Positions 1-13,485 of a stretch of DNA of 64,000 nt are shown here, piece by piece. Numbering within the stretch: the first letter of the stretch is position 1; every line of letters begins with the position of its first letter. Origin of the DNA: Amphiscolops sp. MND2022 (Eukaryota); assembly GCA_964187785.1 (NCBI GenBank), contig OZ076409.1:25670001-25734000 (forward strand), in the 5' to 3' direction. Both the position numbers and the translations under genes were made by a program. A model generated the notes under the pieces. The model worked only from the letters and a program-made list of their open reading frames with translations. It ran no database searches and was not told the origin of the DNA.

Positions 1-1670
1 TTCCGGCAGCTTTTAATTTCACAAGCTTCTAAGAAAAAAAACTGATGATATTTTTTTAAAAAAACGTACATGCCGTTATTACAAGCAATGAATTGTTTTG
101 GCTAGTGATAATTTTGCAGCAAAACATTACCCCGTCGTATTCAAAAAGAACTTTTTATAGGTTTTGCAATATTCTGCAACTGTAGGCCCATTTTTGGCCG
201 AGATTTTCTATGTGTGAAAATCAGAAAGTCATGTTTAAAAAGTCAACAGCTGCTCTTAATGCTTACTATGATAGGTTTCAAGACATTCGGACTCATAGAG
301 CTACATAGAATACCCTAATTGTCGACCTAGATCATGGCTCAGGTCATTGACCTTTTACCTTATTTCATCTTTTGCTGTTTGAAAACTAAAAATTCGTTTA
401 ATTTCGGGTTGGTCTTTCAGCTGCTTTCAGTTGCTTCAACTTGTGGCCATTCATTATTAATATCAAATATGTTTCTGAAACGAAAACATAGTTCACGTTT
501 GAAAAGTGTAGAACAAAGGGACTTTAAAAAAGACTACAAAGTACGTTTGCCCTTTCACCTGGATGAGCTGGGTACAAAAAACATTGTTTCTATTCTTGTT
601 TTGCCATTCAACATGATCTGAGATGAAAGTTGTTACCGCAAAAATCAATGATTTTTTGATCTTTGCTGAAGCGAATAATGAAATTCAAAAGGAAAAAATG
701 AAGCTTTAGAAATTCAACAAATTTGTTTCTAAAATCAGGAAGAACATTAACTTTAGTAAAATTCATTTTTCGAGGGCTCTAAGAATACACTTGTTTGTTA
801 TTGAGCACGAAAAATTCTTGGTTTGAGCATCAAAATTTCAAAATCAAGTGAATCATTATATGGATACAGATAAAAATAATACACGAAACAACTTTTGTAC
901 TTGCAAAAAAATCTTACACCAATGAAAACATTTGATAAGGGTACAAAAATTTAAAAGATAGTCACTGGAGCTAGTTTGGTAATTCCAACAAAAAATGACA
1001 CTCTGTTTTTGATAAAAAATTTAAAAATAGAATCACGGTCCAAAAAATCTCATTTCAGAAGAAGGAAGTTCGAAAGAAAGGAACAAGAGGCGCAGGGCCA
1101 CTACGATATTTTACGTACACTGTAACATCAAACCATTTCATGGGCAAGTTTTCTTTTGGGATTAAAAATGTTCTTTAACATGAAACATGAAAGTTTCAGT
1201 GAGAGTTTTAGAAAAGCATAATAAAAGTTGCTGGTAACATCAAAGTACATGCAAAAAGTTCCAGCAGTTTCAACAAGAGTTTTAGAATACAAAAACTAGA
1301 ATGACGTTCCGTATGTTTTCTTCGAAGTTTTCAGAAAACACCGCGAACGTTTTATCGGGAATCATTCGTTTTCAATCTGCGTGGCTCCATTCAAATCGGG
1401 GAATCTGATTTTTGAAAGATCTCAATATGAACAACCAGTTATTCCCAAATATCTCCTGATGACTATTTCCATTGATACAAAAACTTTTTGTAACGACACC
1501 CTTCAAGGCATTAACAGTGCTCAGATGAAGACTTCGAAACCAATTGTGGACATTGCAATTGAGAAAATTAGATGTCCCTTTAATGTTCCGCAATATTGAC
1601 AAAAGTCATATCAGAAAGCAAGTATCGCAAGGCGTCAATGAGCAAATAGAGCGATATAGACGTTACACAG

Positions 1671-2860
1671 ATTACCAGAAATTTCGTCGTCGGAAATTTT
1701 GTTGTCAGAAATTTCGTCGTCAGAATTTTCGTCGTCGGTGATTACGTTCTATACAACGTCGCATTTTCTCTAATCTCTAATTATCGATAATTGTGCAATT
1801 ATTACTATCATTGACTACTTTTAGTTATGGTTTTAAGAAAAAAAGTTTCGGGCCATGTTCCTTACTCACCACCCCCTCCAAAGATACACCTTGTTTCTTA
1901 TCATCCCAACACGAAGTTGTTTCGACACTGAAAGCAAAAATTACCAGGAATGTTCGATAATTTTCTGACAAAAAAGCAAAAATTTCCCCTGGAACAAGCT
2001 TAAATTGTAATGTAAAGCCCCGGTAAGTAGTTCCACCGGTAGGACTAAAAATATACCATTGCTTAATAAGCGTCTTGATGAGTTGATTGAATGCAATTAA
2101 CTTTTTGACTCAATTTGGTGTCAAAATGAAACTTGTTCTTAAGATCTCATTTTAATAATTAAGTAATTGTATAATTTAAATGATATCTTTTGGTGAACGC
2201 TGTCATTCTAATCAATACAACGAAATTTCTGACGACGAAATTTCTGGATTTCCCAGTGTAAAAACTCTTGCAACTCTTGATAAGAATCTTGGATATTCCT
2301 GAATTTCTTGGTAAGAATCTTGCCAAGATTCTTACCAAGAAATTCACGAATTTGCAAGATCTTGCAAGATCGTGCCAAGAAATTCAAGAGATGAACTAAC
2401 AAAAGTGAATGAAAACAAACAAAAACCGACGCCAACTGCAGCTTGATCAGCGTACCTCTTATGCCGCAGCTTTTCGCGCTACCAACCAAGCTATCACGTT
2501 CTGAAATTCACTACTTTGTGTTGTCCTATATTCAATACTTCAAAGAATGATAGTGTAGCTGGTAGTGCGAACAACAGCAAAATACTTGTAAACAAAATTG
2601 ATGTTTGTTTTACAACTGACACTCTGGACACTCTTGATAAGACTCTTACCAAGAATACTATCAAGAAATTCAAGAAGTTTGTGTGAAGCAAGAATAAACA
2701 AGATCTTATCAAGAGTTTGAAGAGTAAACGGGAATATGTAAGAATATGCAAGATCTTGGCAAGAGTTCCAAGAGTTTTTTCACTGGGTTGCTAATACGAC
2801 GAAATTTCTTACGACGAAATTTCTGACGACGAAATTTGTGGCGACGAAATTTCCGCCTCC
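1671..2860. mobile_element. Foldback/Mutator-like non-autonomous DNA transposon
   Basis: Arrays of a 15-bp unit (GAAATTTCGTCGTCA) in opposite orientation at the two ends; flanked by a direct repeat CGTTACACAG at 1661-1670 and 2861-2870 (9-10 bp TSD, as in MULEs). Confidence 0.75.
2252..2787. mobile_element. CMC/EnSpm-like MITE nested in the foldback element
   Basis: TIRs CCCAGTGTAAAAACTCTTGCAACTCTTG and (revcomp) CCCAGTGAAAAAACTCTTGGAACTCTTG; 2-bp TSD TT; subterminal TCTTG/CAAGA repeats. Confidence 0.8.
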
Positions 2861-3849
2861 CGTTACACAGTTGTCATCATAAAGTTAGCATCAGTTAACA
2901 ATGTGGGAACGACCAAAGTCGGCGCTCCCTCAAGACCCAAATACGCAAACTGCTACAAATTTGTTCAAGAAACTGTTTCTGCAAATGTTTTTAGCTCAAA
3001 AATTCAGTGCGAGTAAACAATTCTCAGAGTGCTGACAAACTCATATAAAGATTTGTGATTCAGATGAAATTGTCAAAAATTAAGAAACATTTTGAAAATT
3101 TTTGGGCCTATTGTAGACCTTTTGGTCCAACGTTCAAAATTTTCTTAGAAAAGAAAAACTATAGATAACCACTGCATTAGCTGTGTTTTGCTGCATAAAG
3201 TTCAATCAAACCAAAAAATTTTGTGGATGGTTTTCGTTGCCAAAGGTTGAAATCAAGTCCGGATCGTTTTCGGTTACATTACTTCATGCTGAAAAAGTAA
3301 CCTAAGAATGGCAATTTATTAAATGGTCGTCTCTCGCCAAAACGTGACGCTATAGACTAAATATCTTATAACCGATCCTATACTGAGAAACTTAATTGAA
3401 AAGGAAACTTGATTTAGGTAGAAGATCAAAACCTAGCAAATCCTGGCAAAACCTGGCAAACCTTTTTTATTTGCTCGAAAAAACATGCTGCACAAGGCAG
3501 TAGTTTGTTCAGTGGACTGCTATGGTTGACCTATCAAAAATCTTGAACTGAACCTGAACCTAAAAATCTTATACTCTTGGTTTTTAATGGCCTACAGAAA
3601 CAATGTAGACACCTACTAGCTAGGCAATAGTGAAACAATACTTTCTAAGATATGAAGATCTCAGATTTCGAGAAAGGATTATTTTCTTGAGCACAACATA
3701 AATTGGCAAGATTTTCAAGACCCCACAAGCCAGATACGTCTTCGATTCAGAATCTTCTGTCTAGAACTTATTTCTTTCTCCTGTTCAAGAAAATGACTAT
3801 AGTTTATAAAATCTATAGTTTATACTCAATAAAATGAAGTTATAATGCT

Positions 3850-4800
3850 TTTATTCAATACAAACTGGAATGGAATTCCAAAAGGAGAAAGAAATGAGAC
3901 ATAACGGAGATGGCATAAAGGAGAAAGAAATATGTATACATAATCCGTACAGGTGTTTTCACTGAACTAAACATGACTTTATTCGACATTATTCAGATCC
4001 ATGATAAGAAAGTCTCGGAAGGGGCCTGTTTTGTCACGAAATCAATTAATTTTTTCAATTGACACCATCTTGCCTTGCGAATTGAGACAGTACCATGATG
4101 ATCAACACTGGGCGTGAATTATATTCCCTATGTCCAAAAAGCAAAGATAAGAATTCATTTCCCATGAGCTAAATAATATTCAAGTAATTTCCTAATTGTG
4201 TTCAATGCGATTACCGTATTATTAAGCAGAATTTAGAACTCATTTAGCCTTCGATTACGAGGTTTGCCAAGTATGGGCAAAATGTAATTTTAAAATTTAA
4301 TTCATGAACTTTAAAATCTCTTTGAAACCATTGTAAAGGCTATTTCCATTAAATTTTGGATCTTTTTATGGCTAACAGTTATTACTGAATGAATATTAAT
4401 TTCAAAAACAAAAATTAATATTCAAAAATCGAAAGTTATAATATCTACAATCAACCAAATGAAATGTTACTTACAGGATTAAGTGTAATTTTAAGAGCTG
4501 CTAGATGAAATCAAAAAGTAGGGTGTATAGCGCATATAGGTATATATAGATCGTATGGCAGTATACCAAGTATGGAAAAGAAATGGAATCAAATGACAGA
4601 GTGCAACTGTAGTTTGTGGAGATTACGTCATAATTGAAAAGGGAAATTAATAGGAAGTGTATATATGCTGATGGTGAAATCCTATTGTAACTTTTTATAA
4701 GGTACTTTTCAACTTAGTGTATGGAAAAGATGGTGTCTTGACAGTGTGATATGTTAAATTAATGAAATTTATCAAAGCATCAATATTCGTTGCATAATTC
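3850..4800 (-). pseudogene. Possible highly degenerate LINE RT 3' fragment
   Basis: Only weak minus-strand RT-like scraps (AFDK-like near 4770) and an AATAAA at the left end; no ORF survives. Confidence 0.2.
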
Positions 4801-6350
4801 AAGTTAAAAAAAGCTTCAATAAAACTTACTTATTAATACTCAATCATAGAAAAGTTATTGAATATTTGATAGTTGGCCTTATACTGTTAATACTTTTTCT
4901 ATCAGGTTTTATGCTTTCCTATGAAGGGCAAAAGAATTAGTTTAGCCTAAATTTTTAAAATAACTTGCAAAATTAAAATTTGGTTAAATTTTCATCAGTG
5001 CTGAACATTCAGCGCTTCTTTGCCCACACAGAGACGCTTTAAGAGCTCCGTTTTGGTAGAAAAGTTGTTTGTCAATATTTAATGCTGTTTGCTGCTCTTC
5101 AGCAATCATGTGCTCATTCAGAACTTTCCACCTGTCTTTGTTGGCAAAAAGGAATTGAATTTTTAAAAACTTCCTGATAAATAATTCTGTGCAGTTTCTT
5201 TCTCCAAAATTTCGTTTTATTGTAGTCGTGAAGCAATTTGAACTTTTCAATTATTCACAGTTTCATCTTGTGGCCAGGTGATCCAAAAATTGAGCTGCGA
5301 TTTGTGCCTGCTTTCAAAGACTGCCACGTGAACACATACTGAACAGAAAGAGCAGCTAGCTCTCCAAGATCGATACGTGGAGACATTCTAGCGCCACTCT
5401 CAGCCAATATATATACACAAGCCGCTCCCGCTGCCAGCAAAAACTGCTTCCGATGAAAAGAAAAAATACATGCTTCAAATCTCAACAGCACGCTCCGCCG
5501 AGTCGGCTAGGTCTATTCATTTTTCCCCAACGAAAAAAAAGAATAATGCAATAGGTATAGTAGAGCTCCGAATCTGCAAACAACACTAATTGGAAAAGTT
5601 TTTATCATGCTGCAACCACCGCATACGGCAAATGTAGCGGTTCAGTTTGTTTTGCGCAAGAAATGAATTCTGCCCGAAAAGGAACGGGAATAATTCATGA
5701 GAATAAAAAAATTCAACCAAAAAGTTTGAATCCTATATTTGGATGATTCGTATTCAGATGGCAATGATTGAAATGGTCTTTATTTAGGTAAAACCGGTCA
5801 CGGAATTTGCCGTGAAAAAACTGAGAACTTGTAAAAACTTCTTTCATGATCACGAAAAAAAAAATCGAAAGTTTTCAAATGAATCTGTGAAAGTAATTAA
5901 TTTTTGCTTTGAGCTGATTGTTAGCAGATTTCATTGTATTATGTTAATGCTTAAGCAAAAAAGTATTGTAAAACATCCTAAAAAATTTTCAGAGAAATTG
6001 CTAATTATCAGTTACAGATGAAGGTAAACATTGCTCATAAAAAAGTTCGAATCTGTCGATGGAAAATTATCTCTCGAGGGAAAACAAAATTTGTATTGGT
6101 AGTCCTTTTCAATAGAGGAACTCAACGTGCCTTCAATTCTCATTTTTCACCATATCCTTGACAATAAACTGAAGAAAGATTCCATTGTGTACTCGAATAA
6201 AAGAATTATATATTTTATTGCTGATTTTTTTAAAAACGTTGAAGCTCTGGAAACTTGAACTTTGACTTCTGAGATGAAAATCTTTCTCATGCAGTGCTCA
6301 TCATTTGTCGGTGGTGCTTTAAAACAGCACCCATTCTTACACTCGCTAGA

Positions 6351-6774
6351 TTTTAGTCGGCGCTTTTTTAGTGAAAAGTGCCTGCCTATTACAGTTACTA
6401 TTTTTTTTCTTTTTTCTTCGTCAGACCACAGACATCAACCTGTATTTTCCACTTTTTGTGCACTGTGCACGTTTATCAAAAGTACTTAATACTTAATTTT
6501 GATCGCATTCAAAGTCTCTAACATGAAAAAAAACAATTGCAAAGCAGAAGGGTGCATTTTACGTTTTTTGGCACTATGAGACTGTTCAAAGTTCTCATTT
6601 TTCAATGTCTCTAAAATTTTTGAATGTCACCAAAGGGCCCCCTTCAATTTTTTTATATTTTGCGAGAAACTGGATTTTCAAAAAGCCCAAAGCTTTTCCC
6701 TTTTACAATTTTAAAAACGTTTTGAGCTTTTGACCTTTTGATATGGCGCCGACTTTAGACGTTCCCGTCTTGTT
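6351..6774 (-). mobile_element. Dispersed Helentron/DINE-1-like non-autonomous repeat copy
   Basis: Ends in GGCGCCGACTTTAGACGTTCCCGTCTTGTT; the other end TTTTAGTCGGCGC is an inverted sub-terminal repeat; the same termini recur many times in the window. Confidence 0.6.
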
Positions 6775-6842
6775 CAATTTTTATTCGTCAGACCATAGAA
6801 CTCACTCTGTATGTACCACTTTTTGGTACTGCGGTTATTCGG

Positions 6843-7872
6843 TTTAGTGGGCACTCAGCGGTTGCAGGTTAGAGTCCCTGCTACAGACAGAAGTTTTAGT
6901 TCCTTTTATAACGTAACATACGAAATCGGACGAGGCTAAAGTGTCACCCCTTTCGTTTTTTCGGCTTTGTGAGACTTTTTCTCAAAAATTTTTGTCTCCA
7001 GAGGGTCCACCTTCAACTTTTTTGATATTTTGCAACAAATTGGATGTTGAAAAAACCCAAAGGGTCCCCCATTTTACGTTTTTCGGCATTTCAAAAAGTT
7101 TTTGAGGGTTTTTGAGTTTTTAAAGCGAGACAGATTCCTTTGAGCATTTCTAAAGATTAGTAAATTCTCACAGCAATTAGGCTAGTGGATAACGCGGATT
7201 TACTGTCCTGGTGGCGAAGTCTGAGAAGTAGGGGTACGTGGGTTCGATTCTCGCACTAAACCATGATTTTTTTGGTTGAAAAAGTAGGTTCGAAACCAAA
7301 GGGCCCCACATTTACAATTTTTCGGCATTATGCTACTTTTTTTTCAGAAATTCTTCAGTAGAAAAGCCCCCTTGTAGCAGGAGCAGAGCATTTTGCGAGC
7401 ATAGACGACCGCTTTCGTTTTTTATTGACTTAACGAAGACATTTCCGAAAATTCTTTTCCAAGTTTTGGTTTTTTGAGGTAGCCTGAGAAGAAAACACTT
7501 TTCAGTCCAAAGTGTGACCTCGTTGGCTATTTTCTGGTCCTGTGCGACAAATGAAAGTTATCTCAGTAACTGTGGAATTGACCTACGGTATTTTTGGCAC
7601 TGTGCAACTTTTCTTCGAAAAAAATCTTGTTTGGTCAAAGTTTACCCCTTTCATTTTCATCGAAAAAAAATCAATTTTCAAAAAATCGGTTCTTGGTTGT
7701 TTCCAGATGGGAAAAAGTAGTTCTCGAGTCCAAGCGGATCCTTTCGGGTATTTTTCGGCACTGAGTTGATGAAAATTCAACAATAGTGTCCTTTACGTTT
7801 TTTAAAAAAAACTGGTTTTTGAACCTTAAGCGATCCGCCGACTTGGACCGGACGGACCCTTCACGGCTTGTT
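6843..7872 (-). mobile_element. Helentron/DINE-1-like repeat copy (longer variant)
   Basis: Same terminal motif (CGCCGACTTGGACC...CGGCTTGTT) and internal AAAGGGTCCCC/TTTTTCGGCA modules; left boundary approximate. Confidence 0.5.
7181..7263 (+). pseudogene. tRNA-derived segment (A/B box-like) embedded in repeat
   Basis: GCTAGTGGATAACGCGG ... GTGGGTTCGATTCTCGCACTAAACCA; a related copy lies in reverse at ~10480-10520; no clean cloverleaf. Confidence 0.4.
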
Positions 7873-8224
7873 TCAGAATAATTTTTCTTAGGTTGAATGT
7901 TGGTAGAGTTTTGAGGATGCGTGCCTAGCAGTCGACCATGTACACCGTGGGGTCAATATGGGTATGACATGCCCCAAAGATCTCATCTTGGATTCGCTCG
8001 CACTGTTTTATAGCCCACTCCTCTCTATACGTGTACTGCTTCATCACCTGTAAACGAAAACAGTTGAACTTTATGTTGGAAGTAAGAGAACTCAAAAATG
8101 ATCGAAAAGCCTATTTCAATTTGATTAGCAATCTTTAGTTTAAAATTTTAGTTTAGAAGATTATAGGAATAAAAAAGTTATCACTTTCAAGTTGGCAGTG
8201 TTCCAAATACACTTTCACAACACG

Positions 8225-8285
8225 TCGCGCGGGATTCGAACTAACTTCACAGACTCAAACACCACGCCCAGACCACTCGTGCCCC
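8225..8285 (-). pseudogene. tRNA-like/SINE head remnant
   Basis: Minus strand reads CGAGTGGTCTGGGCGTGG...AGTTCGAATCCCGCG (A-box and B-box-like motifs). Confidence 0.35.
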
Positions 8286-8716
8286 GAACATGAAATGGCA
8301 ACAGTTTCCCTGAAATTTCAATCAATTCTAGGCGTTTCAGTCAGAAGTTGTGGAGGAAATGAAGCTTGCTGAAACTATTTTTTTTTTCAGAAATAAAAGG
8401 TCAAAGGATGTTGGTTGAAGTATTCAAGTTATTTCTTAACAATATTGGGATTCTCAAAAGAATTCAATCTCACTCCATTTTTGCCGAAAACTCAGACAAA
8501 TTCTCACACATTAGAAATAGCTTTCTTTGAGGTAAAATTCAACAATTAGATTAATTTGCAACCCGTATTTCGTGTGGCAAAAAGTACTCGGCGTTTTTAT
8601 CCAAAAACTTCCTTCGTTTCATGTTTAAATCCAAAAGGGAGGTTTTTCTTAGAGTTCAACTACCATAAATTTATATTCATAGCATAGGCATTTGCGGAGA
8701 TGATCATGATGATCTT

Positions 8717-8898
8717 AACCAAAAATGGTTAAGAAAAACAAAAATTGAACAATTTAGCAGTTATTCATTATTTGGCGAACTTTTTCGGCACTTGTCTCAA
8801 AAAGTTGTAACTTTTTGGGACAAGTGCCGAAAAAGTTCGCCAAATAATGAATAACTGCCAAATTGTTCAATTTTTGTTTTTCTTAACCATTTTTGGTT
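8717..8898. repeat. 182-bp near-perfect palindrome
   Basis: Two 90-bp arms (AACCAAAAATGG...CAAAAAGTT / AACTTTTTG...CCATTTTTGGTT), 2 mismatches, 2-nt spacer at 8807-8808. Confidence 0.95.
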
Positions 8899-10216
8899 CC
8901 TTCAGCTGACATGAATACCCACAGAGCTAAACGATAAAAGCCTCATTCTTGGTCAACTTTAAAAAGCGAAATCTGACATTTAAAAATTATCCGAAAACAA
9001 AAGATTTTTCAACTCAGAAGTGGCGTTGCAGACTAACGTTTATAATTTTATGTGCATTTTTTGTAGTTCATTAATTATACCTCAATTAAGCTGGAGCCAT
9101 TAAATCATGTTGCTCAGCAGGAGTTTTGTTCATTCAACAAAAATAATCATAGGAAACTTGTTCTCTCATTGAAATTTTTTGGAAACTTTGGTCACTTCAA
9201 GATACAATCCAAGGTATTTTTATGTCTCCTATTACTTTTTTGGAAATATTAAAAAGCGATTTTGTTCGGCCTCAATAAAAATAGTAGTCCTGGGAGTTAA
9301 GCTAAAGGTTAAAGCTAAAAATATAGTCATTACTAGTTCTTCTTCCAACTTGAACGATAGGCCTCAATGCGGTAACGAACAGATTAGGAAGTTCAGTGAC
9401 TTCAACACATCGCCAGTTCTCTAGCCAAAATGTCTGAATACAGAGAGTAGAAACTGCATTTGACCTAATCCGTCATTTTGTCGATGATTTTGAACCTCGA
9501 TTTAATTGATTTTCACTATTTCTCAGCCCAGAATAGAAAGCTTATTTAGTTTTCATTTCAATCCAAGTCAATCCATATTTTACTTCAAAAACATTGCCTT
9601 GAGTAAGACTGTCATATCAATCCCCATAAAAATATCCGTGGTCTCAAAACATAGTGTCGATGAGGCACAGTACCCCCCCCCCCCTGTTCGGGTATCAATT
9701 GGGTGAGAAATTCAATTGACGGAATATGTTGAGATTTTGAACCTCCGGGTGTCGCCAATTTAGCAGGCTCTTTCAAGCTTGCAAAACGTTAAACTAGGCA
9801 AACGGCTTTTCTCATGAAATTGAAAATTGATAGATTTTAAGACGTAGCAACAGTTTTCTCAGCCCAAAGTGAATCAAAAACCAGTTTCTGGTGACAGGTC
9901 AAAATGTTTGTTTCAACTGAAAAAGAGTTGCTCGTAGTCGAATGAAAGACACTATGGTGCCAAAAAGCAAAAAACAGCTAATATCACATGCGAAATTTTA
10001 AAAGGTGCCTTCTTTCTTAGGACATGCATAGTTTTGGTTTTAACTAGAAGGAAAACTTATCTCAATATTCTCAGGTGTTATTCAATATCTTAAATTAAAA
10101 ACGACTGGTCAGAAGAAAAACCTTTTTCGATCATTTATGTAGCCTTGACGTCGTTGATTAAATTCTCATAATTGACAGTTTCTTTCTGAAACTGCATTCT
10201 TGAAAAATAAACAACT

Positions 10217-10649
10217 AACAAGGCGGGAACGGCCCAAGTCGGCGTCATATCTTAGGCTCAAAAATATTCAAGGAACAACTATTGTGAAATTTTTCAATCA
10301 TCACACAATGCCAAAAAATACTCGAAAGGGTTTTCCCCGAAACTCGAAAACAGCTTTTTTCTGAACTGGAAATATCAGAAAAAACTAACTTGCCTTTGGG
10401 AAAAGTTTTTTTCAAGAAAAGTATTTGGTAAAAAAAATTTGGTCGCCCCCTCTACTTTTGGAAGCATAAGAAAACTTTGTGGTTTAGTGCGAGACTCGAA
10501 CCCACGCTCTCCTGCTCCTCAGACCCCAGAAAATAAGCCGGCCAAAAAGTTGAACAAATGAACAAAAAGTAGACAGATCGCGTTGAACCGACGAAAAAAA
10601 CACGCCCCTGTAAGAGCCGAGCATTTTCTTCGAAAACGCCGACTGAAAA
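10217..10649 (+). mobile_element. Helentron/DINE-1-like repeat copy
   Basis: Starts AACAAGGCGGGAACGGCCCAAGTCGGCGTC, ends ACGCCGACTGAAAA. Confidence 0.6.
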
Positions 10650-11191
10650 CAGTTCTAATTCGGTCGAACAATAATTTTACGGAGTAAAAATTGAAAAACT
10701 AGCAATTTATCACTTTGCGATTCTAAGGGAGGGCATATCGAGAAAAAAAGTGTTTTTGCTCGCTATATTCGAATTTTTGAAGCGTTTTCCGAGCACGAAA
10801 GGCACCCTTTGGGTGTTTTGACCCTTTTCTGTGAGTTTTTCATGAAAAAGTCCTGAGCATATTTGTAAAACGTTGCGCTTTTTGAGCCGTAAGTGTAACG
10901 CCGACTGTAGACGTTCCCGTTTTGTTACATTAAATTTTAGACGTTATCTCTTCAGTCGTTATTCGAGACACACTTCTAGACGCTATTTTTTTTGCCGTAG
11001 CTACTGATCGTAAAGAAACGTTCACTCGATCAATTTTGCAGTCCTGACGTCGTTCTTTTAACAACTTGTTCACAGACTGCTTCATTGAAACATGATCAAC
11101 GAAAAAAGTTGTAACTCCGTCGTAACAACAAATGCACGGAGTAAAAAGTGAAGAAGGCGCATTCTGTGATCATTGGGCTGCAATAATTTTT

Positions 11192-11626
11192 AACAAGACG
11201 GGAACGTCTAAAATCGGCGCTATATATAAGGCTCAAAAAGTGCAGATTTGAAATATGCGTAAGACGTTTTCACGAAAAACTCCTGCTTTCGGACCTCCGC
11301 CTACGCCTTACAAAAAAGCAATATAGTTCGGATATAACGTGAAAAGTTCGGATATAGCGCCCAACTCCGGGTATTACGAGGAGGACTTCAATAAAATCGA
11401 AGAGGGACCCTTTGAAGACAAATTTTTTATTCGAAAAAAATTCACAGCGTCGAAAATTGAAAGGGGACCCTTTAGTCTCATCTGGTTTTGTCTTACGTTT
11501 AAAAAAGAAAATTGAAATGGGGACTCTTTGCGATAACTTAGATGCGTCTGTCTTTAAAAAAAAAGAAAAAAAAACGAAAGACCGTAATAGTCGGGCTCTC
11601 CTATCAAAAAAAGAGCCGACTAAAAA
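11192..11626 (+). mobile_element. Helentron/DINE-1-like repeat copy
   Basis: Starts AACAAGACGGGAACGTCTAAAATCGGCGC; ends with stem-loop TAGTCGGGCTC...GAGCCGACTAAAAA. Confidence 0.6.
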
Positions 11627-11990
11627 GAGGGTACTGCATCGAAAATTTCAAAAATTCTACAACAAGTCAAAAATGAAAGCTAAGTGTAATGAGTTTCATA
11701 GTTTTAGTTCGATTCGGAAACGGATATTACCCGTGTAATGCTGATCAAAATTTGGCAATTTTTACACCTGGTACTTTTGTGTCAAATGATTATGTAGAAA
11801 TATATTGGGATTTGCAATTTTTGGCCTCTGAAATTGAGTGCCTTTAGCTTTTTAGTTACCTATTCTGATATAACTTGCTGGATCAAATCAATATGAATTG
11901 CTGTCACATACAAAAATTATGGTGACCACAGGTGCGACATATTATTACGGGACAAACGATTAGTTTTGACAGAAGCTGTGTTAAGCAATC

Positions 11991-11997
11991 AGAAAGG

Positions 11998-12042
<45 letters not shown>
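11991..12042 (+). repeat. (GAAA)n/(GA)n microsatellite
   Basis: Direct reading. Confidence 0.95.
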
Positions 12043-12046
<4 letters not shown>

Positions 12047-12229
12047 AGAGTGTGAGAAGAGAGTTTTGAAAGATGTAAACTTAAAGCTTTTAAGTTTATT
12101 CCAAACTTCAATAGCGTGATGCTGCCAAAATTGTCTTCTTTTGCATGGCCTCTGAAGTTTCTGTATTTTGGAGGAAGCTTTAGCTTTCATACATACCAGC
12201 TGCATGAGAGCGTCGCAGGTAACTAAAGT

Positions 12230-13485
12230 GACGTACACCCCCACGCACCCCGGAGGCGATGGACTCGTGGAGAGGCAAAACAGAACGTTGCTTACCCTGC
12301 TCTGAGTCTATACGTCGCGTAAAATGCAAGACTGGGATGAACACATTGATGGAGTCCTAGGCGCCTACAACTCAAGCCGACATGCAACTACAGGGTTATC
12401 ACCCTAAATGCTCCAACATGGGGCAGAGACATCGATTCTGTTATCGTTTATCTTCCCTGAGTTCGCAGCGCGAGGTTTTCATTCCATGGAAGAGTTTGTA
12501 GAGCACCTATTAGCCAGACAATCACGAGTTGGTCTGCAGAAACACCCACAAGGCACAATTGAGGCAGAAACTAAAGTTTACCGTCCTCAAAGCCAAAGGC
12601 CACGCCGTTGGCGACGCAGTCTGGGTATTTTGCCACATAATACCCAAAGGCGACACCCGCAAACTGGTTCGCGCAAAGAGCGGGCCTCACAAGGTGACCG
12701 ATGTGCTACAAGACGCGCGCCTCTATGTGCTAGACACGGGTCAAAAGGTTCATTTCGAAATATTGAAGGAGCACGTACCCGCCCCTTGGGACTGGGCAAC
12801 ACATCATCCCTTTGGGCTAGACCAGAACGTAGCCATCATAGCTGGCCCATACGTGGAAGAGAATCATGAAGAATTTGCCTCGGATGTTTCCCGGGGTTCT
12901 TTCCTACCAGAGCAGCTGCCAGAGGCATCGTTCGAACTAGAACAAACCAGACCGGTTCCACCGCGAACTATCGACACCCGCACGCAGACAGCCCTCGAAC
13001 AAGGGATACCACGACCAAGATTCAGTCACTTTGGATATCCCTCCCACTCAGAGTCAGAACAAGAAGTGACCGAGCCACCAATTTTAGACCCAGCCTCCCA
13101 GGTAATGTTCCCTGAATTGGATGACCTAGAGGCGTTATTCTCAGACCAAGAAGAGATCCAGCCGGAGGCACCAAGAAGGAGTCTGATACCATCAACCTCG
13201 GAATCATCTGCCCCGCTATTGTCCAACCCATCCCTGACGGACACTATAAACAACTTCCCGTTGTTCAGTCCCCGGACTGGGAGCCGAAGAAGTCCGGAAC
13301 CCTTGGTTGAAGCAAAACCCAGGATCCGAATCCGAACCAACTTCCTGCACAGCCAAACACCTCAAACAGGAGGACACGACCACGAGGCAGACCACCAAAT
13401 AGCAGAAGGGAGCACAGAACATCCTCAAGCAGGACTACAGCATCTTCCAGAGGGACAACCACCCGTCAAAGAAGAGGTCGAATGA
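12230..13485 (+). pseudogene. pol: Integrase core C-terminal half and long C-terminal extension (pol remnant)
   Basis: HPGGDGLVERQNRTLL...DWDEHIDGVLGAYNSSRHATTGLSP, then GDAVWV...SGPHKVTDV (GPY/F-like); in-frame stops and a frameshift. Confidence 0.85.

Noticed and set aside
1675..1740. Short regular repeats resembling a CRISPR array (also 20950-21520, 57255-57335)
   Set aside because: Tandem units without unique spacers, no cas genes, eukaryotic context; these are transposon subterminal repeats.
7181..8285. Functional tRNA genes
   Set aside because: A/B-box-like motifs only; the stems do not form a cloverleaf.
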